Assembly: GCA_024346625.1 (NCBI GenBank)
Contig: AP024664.1
Coordinates: forward strand, 2,976,001 to 3,040,000
Source: Williopsis jadinii
Taxonomy: Eukaryota
Direction: 5' to 3'
Length of the DNA stretch: 64,000 bases
Shown here one piece after another: positions 1 to 10,700 of this stretch (positions are counted from its first letter, which is position 1; every line of letters starts with the position of its first letter). The translations under genes were made by a program, and so were the position numbers. The notes beneath the pieces are model-generated. The model searched no databases and had not been told where the DNA came from. It was given only the letters and a program-made list of their open reading frames with translations.

Positions 1-107
1 CTAACAAACGCCAACATCAGCGGTAACAACATCGCGAGTTTTACGGCCTACAAAAACCAAAACAACAACGACGAAGACAACAACAACACCAACCACACCA
101 ACAACCG

Positions 108-587
108 ATGTCTTCTTTGTTGAAGAACCGTCTCCAGGAGGAGAGAAAGCAGTGGCGGAAGGACCACCCGTACGGGTTCTTCGCTAAACCTGAAAAGAGT
201 GCAGATGGGTCGTTGAATTTACAGAGCTGGACAGCTGGTGTCCCAGGAAAGGACAATACCATCTGGGAAAACGCCACTTATCCATTGACGATCACATTCC
301 CCAACGATTTCCCTTCGAAACCGCCGAAGGTAAGGCTCCCAGCTGGGTTCTACCACCCTAACGTTTACCCCTCTGGAACCATCTGTCTTTCGATATTGAA
401 CGAGGACCAAGATTGGAGACCTGGTATCAACTTGAAACAGATCTTGTTAGGCGTACAAGAACTATTGGATACACCAAACCCGGATTCCCCAGCACAGGAA
501 CCGGCTTGGAGAGCATTCGGTAAAGATCGTGCTCTTTACGAAAAGAAGGTGATAGAGCAGGCAAAGAAGTACGCCAAAGCTGGTTAA
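108..587 (+). CDS. UBC9: SUMO-conjugating E2 enzyme
   Basis: RLQEERKQWRKDHPYGF N-terminus and HPNVYPSGTICLSIL catalytic-Cys motif; uninterrupted ORF; adjacent to SYO1 as in S. cerevisiae (YDL064W/YDL063C). Confidence 0.97.
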   Translation: MSSLLKNRLQEERKQWRKDHPYGFFAKPEKSADGSLNLQSWTAGVPGKDNTIWENATYPLTITFPNDFPSKPPKVRLPAGFYHPNVYPSGTICLSILNEDQDWRPGINLKQILLGVQELLDTPNPDSPAQEPAWRAFGKDRALYEKKVIEQAKKYAKAG

Positions 588-668
588 AGCCCTGTTCTCC
601 TACGAGCGAAACGAACACAAACGTTTGCCTTTAGTATACGTGTAAAAGTACATACATATAATCTATTA

Positions 669-2420
669 CTATACCTCACTCTTCTTGTAGTCGATGAATC
701 TGCCCAGGTTGTTGTAGATCTCCTCAGCCTTCAATTTGAACTCCTTATCAACATTCTTGTCGACAAGTTTGAAACTGGTCTTCACCCTTGGAGCAAGCTG
801 CTCCAATCTCTTCAAATAACACTGAGATACAAAGACTGGGGTGTTGTAATCGTACAAAGAATCACCATAAATGTCGTAGAGCTGATCAAGAATTTCAAAT
901 GTTAGTCTGGAAGGTGTCTTATCACTCTCTAACAGATTGAACAACAGTTGAGAAATCAACAGGTTTCTTTCCACTTGGCCTTGTTGCTTTGCCAACATGG
1001 ATAGCACTCCAACTAAGCGAATCGAATATTCAACATTGTCCGAGGAAGATGAGTTGGAGTCCAACTCTTGACATAGAGATTGTACGAAGGAAGAGTCCAG
1101 TTCAAGCGGAACAACGTTTAAAATTGCCCATAGACATCCAAATATAGAGGTCTTTTCTTCAACATCACATTGAGAGAGATCCAACTGGGAGAGCTCTACC
1201 CATATCTGTTGGGCAATTGAGGTCCATTGTGGAACTTGAATTGATACGAACAACCATGACAAATTATTCAATGCAGTCAAAGCTCTTGATCTAAACTCCA
1301 AATGTGGAATCAGCGCAATTAACACGTCTCGCACTTGAGTACATAGCGCGTTGGCCAATTCGGCATCAAGTGAGTCATTATACGAGATGAGCTCAATCAT
1401 TGCAGTGAGAAGTTCGAGGGACAATTCCACAGTTTGGAACTCTGCCCTCGCATCAACTCTTTTCTTTGCATCCATCTTCAGTTCATCCAACTTCCCATTA
1501 TCGATCTCTTTCAACATTATATCTCTGTTTAAACCTATGTCAATTGTGGTCAATGTTCCCAAGATCTTTGCAACTATCTGAACAAATGCAGATTGGTCTG
1601 AAATGTCAACAAGCTGCAATCTAATACCTTGAATATACACTCTAGACAAGTTTGTGAATCTAGGAACCTCATTCACAAAGGTTTCGAGTAACTCAAAGTT
1701 CAAGTCCCATTCGCTTGTCAAACTTTGAACAAACTCATCGCTAATGGTACTGAAATCGTAGATGAGATCCAAGATCGCGTTGAACAGAGATACTGTTATC
1801 TTCAGTTCTTTGTTCTTGAAGTCCAATGCGACCGCAAGGATATCCTTCAAGAATTCTCTGAGTGAGTTCATCTCCTTCATAACAGCATTGAATATGTCGT
1901 CACTTGAATCACACAACCCGACAATTAAAGAGATCAGATTCTCAATCATATCAAACAACAACGACTTGGCAACCTTATCCAAAGATGTTGCGTCCACCTT
2001 ATAGACGTGCCATCCCTTGACACATTTGTTCAAATTATCCTGAATCACCCTCCAAATGTTCTGTCTCCACAGGTACACAGCAACGTCATAACCTTCCTCC
2101 AACACCAAATTTCTCAACAGCCCAAAGGATTCAACGACAATCTCAGAGTTGGAGTCAGTGAGACACTGTTCCAGGACTATTTGAACCAATCTCTCCTTAA
2201 GTAACAACTTACGGAACTTTGGATCATCACTCATCACGGCGATGGACCCAAGCGCCATGGACTTCTCATTAGGCGTTGTGGACTTCAGCTTAGCAATGAG
2301 AGGTAGGATCTTATTCTTTGTGAGTTGTTCATCCTGTTTACTCGACGTCGCTTTACGAGAGACAGCCAATGGATTGGAACGATGTCTTGATGATCTGGAG
2401 TTTTTCTTGAGCTTACCCAT
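669..2420 (-). CDS. SYO1: Symportin, ARM/HEAT-repeat import adaptor for Rpl5/Rpl11
   Basis: Basic N-terminus (MGKLKKNSRSSRHRSNPL), helical repeats, C-terminal DIYGD...Y...VFV and NLGRFIDYK; neighbour of UBC9; PAC motif upstream. Confidence 0.88.
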   Translation of the reverse strand: MGKLKKNSRSSRHRSNPLAVSRKATSSKQDEQLTKNKILPLIAKLKSTTPNEKSMALGSIAVMSDDPKFRKLLLKERLVQIVLEQCLTDSNSEIVVESFGLLRNLVLEEGYDVAVYLWRQNIWRVIQDNLNKCVKGWHVYKVDATSLDKVAKSLLFDMIENLISLIVGLCDSSDDIFNAVMKEMNSLREFLKDILAVALDFKNKELKITVSLFNAILDLIYDFSTISDEFVQSLTSEWDLNFELLETFVNEVPRFTNLSRVYIQGIRLQLVDISDQSAFVQIVAKILGTLTTIDIGLNRDIMLKEIDNGKLDELKMDAKKRVDARAEFQTVELSLELLTAMIELISYNDSLDAELANALCTQVRDVLIALIPHLEFRSRALTALNNLSWLFVSIQVPQWTSIAQQIWVELSQLDLSQCDVEEKTSIFGCLWAILNVVPLELDSSFVQSLCQELDSNSSSSDNVEYSIRLVGVLSMLAKQQGQVERNLLISQLLFNLLESDKTPSRLTFEILDQLYDIYGDSLYDYNTPVFVSQCYLKRLEQLAPRVKTSFKLVDKNVDKEFKLKAEEIYNNLGRFIDYKKSEV

Positions 2421-2672
2421 TGCTTCAAAATGTCTCTGTTCTTAGGCTGTAATTTGGTTGTGATGAGGATGAAACCCTCTCGAGAAATTTTTTTTTCTTA
2501 TGGTGGGGGGGGGGAAGATCTGGACGGACCAGGCGATGAGCTCCCCTCTGTATGGGCTTCATGGGGATTAACAGTGAGTGTTTTTGTATGAATATCTACC
2601 CTTTTATATAGAGAATTTCAGATATTAAATGTATATACACGTAGATAGAGATGAGTAGACATAGTGCTGTGA

Positions 2673-3052
2673 TCATTCATCCTTGTCAGCTTTGTTTGGA
2701 TCAAATGTAAGAACGTCCATCAAACTTTCGGGTTGCTTAACACCTTCTGGGAGGATTGGATCACCATTCTCATCATACTTGGGGAATTTCATATCTTGTC
2801 GAAGGGCACCATCTTCTCTTAACTTTTCGCTATATCGTTGGTGGGAAGAGAGGACGTTGTTAGTAGAGATTAGAGAGTACGGAAGAGAGATACGTACACC
2901 ACGATTGGTTCGAAGAATCTCACGCCTGGTGGGGGGGGGATGTTAGCATGGAGCCAGACGAATAGTGCTCAAACTGGCGACTCACCGGTCCATACACCAA
3001 CAAACGATGTAAGAATGATGACGGAGGCGTTGAACATGTTGATTCTACCCAT
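2673..3052 (-). CDS. Small single-TM protein, ECM19-like, 83 aa, three exons (3052-2986, 2925-2898, 2829-2673)
   Basis: Intron 1 (2985-2926): GTGAGT..TGCTAAC..CAG. Intron 2 (2897-2830): GTACGT..TACTAAC..TAG. The spliced frame is open: MGRINMFNASVIILTSFVGVWTGVRFFEPIVVEKLREDGALRQDMKFPKYDENGDPILPEG...DKDE*. The G-x-RFFEPIV...LRxDG..R.D...P.YD.NG pattern resembles Ecm19 as recalled. Confidence 0.85.
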
Positions 3053-3195
3053 TTTCGGTGGTTTGTTGCTTTTATTTGACCGATTCTAAGGTGGAAAAGG
3101 TGAATGAAATCGGCGTATACAGTAAATTTTCATGATCTTCGGAGATTTCTACAATACGCACTATATATGAGCATCCATTACGAGATAGAATTTGT

Positions 3196-4313
3196 TTATA
3201 CAACTGCCTCATACGTTTCGAAGGGCTTTATCAGTACAAGTCTGGAACCAGATGCAAATGCCACCACGCCGTTATGGTTGATGGAACCAGCTGGCACTGA
3301 GACACAAGGCAATTGCAACTTGAACTGATAAACATGGCCAGAGTTATCGCCAAATAAGTTGTAGAAGAAGGATCTGTCGGTGCCCACACCTCCAATTAAG
3401 CCACAATTGCTCGTGGAGGAGAGGTATTGGCACTTGTTAACACCCCATCCCTTGAGCCTACCTTGAGAGTTTGGAAAAGTATAACCAGCTCCTCCTTCCA
3501 ATTCCGCTGGTACGTACTGTTTCCACGAGCCATCGCCAATGACTGTGATGTTTCCGTCATTGGTGACAATGTCCAATATGCTTGGTGGGGTGCCTGGGAT
3601 GAAACACTCAGGGTAGATGGTGTAAAGCCACTCATCCTTACGCCAATTCCAAACCTTCACTTTAGACCCATCTTCAACAACGATAACTTTATCAAGATCT
3701 TTGTCCGTCCAAAACTTCACGAGGGTTGGTACACCGTCAAGATATTTCACCCTTGTGCTTCCATTTGGTCCCCAGACTACAACACGGCGGTCGTCACCAC
3801 AAGAAACGATATGGCCATCCTCTGAAACGTCAATGCTATTGATATCCTCCAAATGGCGGTCTGCACCAGAGACAGAATGTTTCTTTCCGTCCAAATGATC
3901 CATAACTATAATATCCCTATTTTCCTGGCACATAACCAAGAACTTACTGGTGAATCGCAGATGAGTGACGGGACTCGTGGTCAGAACATTAGTCACTTGG
4001 AAACACCACTCTTGTTGTAGATCACTTGGTAAATTCTTCGCCAGTGGTGAATCACGAGGAATGGGCGTCAACACGCCAACACCCGTATCTGTCGCATATG
4101 CCAGCAGATCACCGTTCCAGTCCATCGACCTCACTGACTTGGGTAAGTCGTATCTTCGAAGCAGTATGGTTAGTACTGTGTGTCCTTCGTCCTTGTGTCA
4201 GGCAGAGCCTCCCACACTTACATTAACGAGAAAACTTCTTCATCGGGCGAATAGTTATCTTCAAAGATCTCAGGAATGAGAACAACGGGCTTCTCAAGTA
4301 TCTCCCTAGTCAT
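3196..4313 (-). CDS. WD40 beta-propeller protein, Nup37-like, 349 aa, two exons (4313-4222, 4153-3196)
   Basis: Intron 4221-4154 (GTAAGT..TACTAAC..AAG) joins ATG 4313 (MTREILEKPVV...) in frame to the 312-aa ORF; H..DINSIDV..IVSCGDD..VVVW..VKF..VIVVEDG.KVKVWNW resembles fungal Nup37. Confidence 0.7.
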
Positions 4314-4464
4314 CGTCTTCTTCTAGGCTCCTTAACCGTCCTGAAGGTGGTTCAAAACAGTGAAGATCACTCTGTGAAGATTTCCTTTGTTTACAAAAAT
4401 TAAAACATCCAGACACCCACACAAACAACAGGGCGCTTCCTCTTATAGTACAATATCTATATAA

Positions 4465-6798
4465 TCATCCACGTCCTTGGGCAAACTCTTCGAAGTACTG
4501 CAACATTTCCTGTGTGATACCTCTTGAAAGAGAAGCCAGTCCAATGTCGAAGTGTCTCTTGAGAACACTGGTGGCGTCTCTGTCTTCAGCGAGTGCGGTG
4601 GTTCCGGCTTTCTGGACGAGGTTGACCACTTCTGCACCGGAACAGCCTTCGAGTTGGCACGCTAACTCTTCTAGATCGACATCTTGTAACTGCATTTTGC
4701 TCGTTTGTTTCTTCAGGATCTCCAGTCTTGCTCCGTGGTCCGGTGGCGCAACGTAGATGTGTGAATCCAGTCTTCCCGGCCGTAATAGTGCTGGGTCGAT
4801 TTCTGTAGGTCTATTAGTTGCGCCGACGACGACGACACCGTTCAACTCTTCAACACCGTCGAGTTCGTTCAATAGGGAGGTCAGTACGTTACTGGATGCG
4901 CTAGTTGAGTGGCCCGAGTCATCGCCACGGTCACCTCCAAGAGCATCAATCTCATCTATGAACAGAATACTAGGAGCTGCTGCCCTGGCCTTGCGGAAGA
5001 TCTCCCTAATCTTTCTCTCAGACTCACCGACATACTTGTTGAAGATCTCTGGCCCCTTTATAGTGAGGAAGTTAACACCCGACTCAGTGGCCAATGCCTT
5101 TGCAGCTAATGTCTTAGAACAACCTGGTGGTCCGTATAACAATACACCCTTTGGTGGTTTGATTCCAAGTCTTTTGAACCCATCAGGTGTTTCAAGAGGA
5201 AGCTCTATAACCTCTTTGAAAGTCCTCTTCAACTGTTCTTGACCACCAATATCACTCCAGTACACCTTTGGCGTTTCGAGGAAGATCTCTTTCATAGCAG
5301 AAGGACGAATGTCAATCAGAGATTGTTCGAAATCTTCCAAGGTAACAAACGAGTTGTCCAGGTCCATGTCTTGATCCTTCATACGCTGATAGACCTTTGA
5401 CACTGCTTGCTCGCAGAGAGATGCAATGTCTGCACCGACGTATCCATGCGTCTTTGATGCAATATTGGAAATCTCATCAGCTGAGAGTGTATGATATTTG
5501 ATCCTATTCAGATACAAATTGAGAATGGAATGGCGTGCTTCAATATCTGGAATACCAATTTCAACCTCTCTGTCGAATCTTCCTGGTCTTCTCAACGCAA
5601 TATCAATTGAGTTTGGCCTGTTGGTAGCAGCTACAATGACGACACGTCCATTGCTCCCGATACCGTCCATTAACGTCAAAAGCGTAGCAACAACTCGGCT
5701 TTCAGCTTCACCTGAATTATCACTATCTCTACTTGGTGCAAGGGAGTCGATTTCATCCACGAAGAGGATCGCAGGCTGGTACTTTCTTGCTTCATTGAAG
5801 CAATCTCTCAGCTTGGACTCTGTCTCACCGAGGTATTTAGATACAATCGATGGTCCATCAATGCTGAGCACGTGTGCATTGGTCTCAGCAGCAACTGCTC
5901 TTAGAAGCATCGTTTTACCGGTACCAGGTGGACCGTGTAAGAGTACACCTCTAGGTGGATTGGTTCCAAATCTTGCAAAGAAGTCAGGATGATGCAAGGG
6001 CAATTCAATTGCAGATTTCAGATCCTTTATCTCCTTGACCAAACCACCAATCTGTGAGTATGTAGTTTTCTTTGGCAAGTTATACCTTGAGTGTGGTTCA
6101 CTCTCATCTGTGAAATTGAGTATAGTCGACCCCCTCTTGAACAGGAGAGGAGGAGATACAAACCTTTGGAATGCACCGTCATCAGTGTTTTGCTGTGCAC
6201 CATCGTCTTGGATCTTTAGACTGGAGATATCTGGATGATCATCAACCTGTGTGATGATCAAGTCCTCAAACGTCTTTTCCTCACCTTCCACTTCACTCGG
6301 TATACCAACTTTGTATAGCGTCAACCCTGGCATGACGATGCCAACATCTTCTAACAACTTCTCCACGGTCTTTCGAGCACGGTCGTGCAATTTGATCCCT
6401 GAAAGAGTACCTATGGTGATATTCATAGCGTATGGAGGTTGACTTTCAATCTTGGAAATCTCTAATCTATCACCAAGGAGAAAGTTGCACACCGTCCTTA
6501 AACCGGCAGAAACTTGGATCACATTGAAAGGACAGCCTGAGTCTGCTGGACTGACCTGTGCCAAAATACCGGCACCGTCTCCTTCTCTAGCAGCATGCAC
6601 CAATGAGCCAGGTAAGATGTCAATGGCTTTTAATATCGAAGGATGCAGCAGAACCTTGACACATGATTTGGCGTTGAAGTTTGGGCTTGGTCTCGTGATG
6701 AAAGAGCGAGGAACTTTCACCTTCGAGGCCTTTGCCTGTTCCGGCTCGTCGCCAGCCGATTTCTTCTTCGGTGTCCCCTTAGAGGCTTTGGAACTCAT
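4465..6798 (-). CDS. AFG2: AAA ATPase for pre-60S maturation (Drg1)
   Basis: Two AAA modules (GPPGTGKT, GPPGCSKT), near SKI2 as YLR397C/YLR398C; RRPE+PAC upstream; first ATG at 6798. Confidence 0.93.
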   Translation of the reverse strand: MSSKASKGTPKKKSAGDEPEQAKASKVKVPRSFITRPSPNFNAKSCVKVLLHPSILKAIDILPGSLVHAAREGDGAGILAQVSPADSGCPFNVIQVSAGLRTVCNFLLGDRLEISKIESQPPYAMNITIGTLSGIKLHDRARKTVEKLLEDVGIVMPGLTLYKVGIPSEVEGEEKTFEDLIITQVDDHPDISSLKIQDDGAQQNTDDGAFQRFVSPPLLFKRGSTILNFTDESEPHSRYNLPKKTTYSQIGGLVKEIKDLKSAIELPLHHPDFFARFGTNPPRGVLLHGPPGTGKTMLLRAVAAETNAHVLSIDGPSIVSKYLGETESKLRDCFNEARKYQPAILFVDEIDSLAPSRDSDNSGEAESRVVATLLTLMDGIGSNGRVVIVAATNRPNSIDIALRRPGRFDREVEIGIPDIEARHSILNLYLNRIKYHTLSADEISNIASKTHGYVGADIASLCEQAVSKVYQRMKDQDMDLDNSFVTLEDFEQSLIDIRPSAMKEIFLETPKVYWSDIGGQEQLKRTFKEVIELPLETPDGFKRLGIKPPKGVLLYGPPGCSKTLAAKALATESGVNFLTIKGPEIFNKYVGESERKIREIFRKARAAAPSILFIDEIDALGGDRGDDSGHSTSASSNVLTSLLNELDGVEELNGVVVVGATNRPTEIDPALLRPGRLDSHIYVAPPDHGARLEILKKQTSKMQLQDVDLEELACQLEGCSGAEVVNLVQKAGTTALAEDRDATSVLKRHFDIGLASLSRGITQEMLQYFEEFAQGRG

Positions 6799-7018
6799 TG
6801 CGTTCACCACTTCCCACTACAAACCACCAGCTTTAATACCCACTCATCATCACACAGCAGAGACATAATCTGGAAAAATTTCAACTAGAGAGATGAGTAT
6901 GTTGTCCTAACCGGCGATTCCCGCTTGAAATATTTCTCGGGCCAATCAGAAACTGTGATGGTAATCAAATCACTAAAGCTGGATAGATAGACAACAAAGA
7001 TCATCTCCTACAGAGCCG

Positions 7019-7723
7019 ATGATGATTGAAAGATCTTACAATGTGCTCTACAGAGTAACCGAGCGAAGCTCAGGTCATAATTGCAGAGGATATCGTACTT
7101 TAGCTATGGCAGTCGCTGGAGCACAGATGCCACTAAGAAGTCATCAAGTACCAACTGGCTCGCCAGTGCCGTATGATACCGAGAGGCTCACTACAAAGAT
7201 CAACATGAACCAGAAGTTGTCAAAGAGCACTCGGCAAAGGTTACAGAATATAAGAAAGTTTATAGACCCTCTTGAACTACAGGACGAGTTTCTACTCATG
7301 ACCCTGTACCCATCTAAAACGCATTCCATCACAGTGAAACAAGACTCAGGTGAGACAGTCAACATAGACAGCAAATCTCTGGAGATGCTGGGGTGGAGCT
7401 TGTACAACTTGGAAAGAACAAAGGCAACTTTGGAGGTTGGAGCTGAGAATGCGTCTGATGCACTAGATATCTTCTCTAGTGCAACACACAAGAAACTACA
7501 AAAACAATCAACATTGAGCAGGTTCCTCTCAGGCAAGGGATACTCAGATAGTGTGGTGACGTCTACAGGACAATCAACTCCTTACAAAATGGTTCAGAGC
7601 TCGTTATTTATACTGCTTGGAATAATCGCGTATAAGTTTGGAAAAAAATCAGCACAGGAATTTCTACAACAAAAGGTGTTCTCAAGTAGAAGAAATATCT
7701 TTGAAATAGCTGCAAAGTCTTGA
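7019..7723 (+). CDS. Uncharacterised protein, possibly degenerate RNase III-like fold (mL57/Mrpl15-like C-terminus)
   Basis: 234-aa ATG ORF filling the AFG2-SKI2 gap; SLEMLG and SLFILLGIIAYKFGKKSAQEFLQQKVF resemble RNase III-like helices; product is inference. Confidence 0.55.
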   Translation: MMIERSYNVLYRVTERSSGHNCRGYRTLAMAVAGAQMPLRSHQVPTGSPVPYDTERLTTKINMNQKLSKSTRQRLQNIRKFIDPLELQDEFLLMTLYPSKTHSITVKQDSGETVNIDSKSLEMLGWSLYNLERTKATLEVGAENASDALDIFSSATHKKLQKQSTLSRFLSGKGYSDSVVTSTGQSTPYKMVQSSLFILLGIIAYKFGKKSAQEFLQQKVFSSRRNIFEIAAKS

Positions 7724-7788
7724 GGCTTTATGCACTAATGATGATGACTATCTATGACGATATTTAACGTAGTGCGACAGCCTTGAGA

Positions 7789-10700
7789 TTATAAGTATAA
7801 ACTTGCTGCGAAGACAATATCTCTCTTGATCTTCTCTTGGGCCTCGCTCATCTTTGCGTGTAATGATGAATCACCAATTATCAGAGCAGCGGATTTCACT
7901 TCACGACAAATTTCATCGAGACGTGTTATAACTCGCACAATCGTTCCCTCAGCTTCTATACTTAGTTCCATAATCTCTTTGAATGTCATCCCTCTAGCCC
8001 ATTCATAAACAACATTCACAAGGGCAAATCTGTTCCTCTGTAAGAAATCTTGCTCTTCAGAAGTAAGTGTGACTTGATGTCTCTCAAAGACGTCCATCAT
8101 CTGACCCATGATGTCCTGAATTTTGGATTTACCACGCTCCAAACGAGGTGTGATAGTTGGTTCCTCTTCTTGAGAACTTTTACCCTCGTAAACGAATGCA
8201 GAGAGAAGTGCCACGATCTCTTCAGGATCAAAATCTCCAAGGAAATTATCCAACACCAGCTCAGTTAGAATTAGTTCCCATCCACAGTTGATTTCACATG
8301 CTACACGACCCTTGAGCTTCACGTTCAAGTTTTCATCAACAAAATCTAGCTCCTTCAACACTGCCAATCTCTGCTCATAGTCTGGAAGCAATTCAAGATT
8401 CTCATCGTTCAATAAGGAGTTATAAAGTGCAATCTCATCTTGGATGGACTTTTTCTTGTTCAGAGAGGCAAAGTACTCTGTGAAATGTTTGGATTTAATA
8501 CACGGACTGCCCTTAATCTTTTGAATTAAGTCTGTTCTCTCTTGGATAAGCTCATTGATTTTCAAAGTACCAAACGCACTCCAATCAATCTCTTTAAAAC
8601 GTTCCTGAAACTTCAATGCCAAGTTGATATTACTCTCAAACTTCTCAAGAGCATCTGAGTCCTTCTTCCCTAGATCAAAGACGTTGATATAATACGTGAT
8701 CACGAGCTCCAGTTGTTCCAATGAGACCTGTTCAAACCTCAAATCACCGTTATAGGTCATTGGCGTAAAGTTAGAACGGATGAATGATTTCAAAGACGAT
8801 ACATATGGAATACCTGTAGCCTCTTGCAATTCTGCAGCACCCATATCGAAAACCAAAACGACAAAGTTGTATGGCTCAGAATGGTCTTTACGTTTATAGA
8901 TCACACCTATACGGGAGAGACCCTTGTTGTCTTTGAAAACAATCACTCTACCAGGTTTAAGCTGTTTGAAGAACAGAGCAGAGTTCATACTCTCCTTGAT
9001 GAGAGAGCGTGTCAAATCTTTGTACTTGATCAGATCCTCGAAAACCTCTTTGAGATCATCCTCGGTGAAGGGATCTTGGATCACTAGAGGAGGCAGATTG
9101 TTCAATTCATCCTCCAGGGACTTGATCTTTTTCTCATGTTCTGGAAGCAAAGCCTGTGTTGTATTCTCAGAAAAGGAATGCTTAATCATTTCTTCCACCC
9201 TCAGAGCTTCGATTCTAAGCAAATTCAGGATCATATTATAAGTCAGTCTGAATTGAGAAACCAACTTTGTAGCTGTTCCCAAGCACACGTCTTTGATTGT
9301 AGGTCTAGCCATTGCTTCAGTGTAAGACATGATTATAACTGTTCCAATAGTATCCAGACCTCTACGACCTGCTCTACCAGCCATTTGAGTGAACTCACCT
9401 GGAAGGAGGTTTCTGAAATTGATACCGTCATGCTTTCTCAATTCACTGAACACAACCGTCTTTGTTGGTAAGTTCAAACCCATTGCAAACGTCTCTGTTG
9501 CGAAAAGAACTTTGACCAATGATTTTGCAAACAAGATTTCAATGACTTCTTTCACAATTGGCAACAAACCACCATGATGAACAGCGATACCACGACTCAA
9601 AAAGTCTCTGATTGACATGATTTGTGGGAGCTCCCTGTCTTCTTTTTTCAACCTTGCAACTGCCTTGTCAATGAACATATGAATCTGCGATTTTTCTTTA
9701 GCATTACAGAAGTCAATTCCACCTAGAGTATTGGCATACTGCTCACAACGAGCCTTTGAGAACACGAATATAACAGCTGGTAACAGTGCATTGGAGTTGA
9801 GATAATGGATAAGCTCTGGCCATGTGTTTTTATTAGGTTGACTCATCTGGAAGCCTCTTCTGTTTGGTCCATTGCCGGCTCCTTGACCTCCACGGCCACC
9901 TCTACCACCTTGTGAGCCACCTCTACCACCTCTACCAGTTGCAGCTCCACCACGACCACCTCTAGCACCACCACGGCCACCACGAGTACCATTGGCTGCG
10001 TTTTCTCCTTGTGGTGGTTTCTTCTTGCCTTCAAACATTTCAATGTAAGCGTTATAATTCGAATCCAAAAATTTTCTATCAGCGTCAATAACCTTTGTCA
10101 ACTTGGACTTTCCCCAGAGGTTGATCTCTAATGGAACAGGTCTCTTTGGTGTAGAGATAACATATATATCTTTGTGTTTGGTTCTTCCAATCCAACTTGC
10201 AAACTCATAGGTATTCGGAACAGTGGCAGAAAGTAAGATATACTTGACATGATCTGGAAGCATAATAATCACCTCTTCCCACACAACACCTCTACTTATA
10301 TCATTCACATAGTGAACTTCATCAAAAATGATAAACTCGACATCACGGATGAGATCTGCACCACGGTACAGCATCGATCTCAAGATCTCAGTGGTCATGA
10401 TGAGACAGTTAGCCTCTGGATTTATCTGAACATCACCAGTGATCAAGCCCACGTCAACTTCAGGGAACGTCTCTTTGAAATCTCTAAACTTCTGATTGGA
10501 CAAGGCCTTAATTGGAGACGTGTAAATGGCTTTGGTCATGTTTCGTTTAGCCATTGCAATAGCATATTCAGCAACTACAGTTTTACCAGCAGATGTATGT
10601 GCAGCAACAAACACGGAGTCACCTTGTTCCAAGTGATAAACAGCCTCCTGCTGAAATGCATCCAATTCAAAAGGCCACTTACGGGCCATATTTGGAATCA

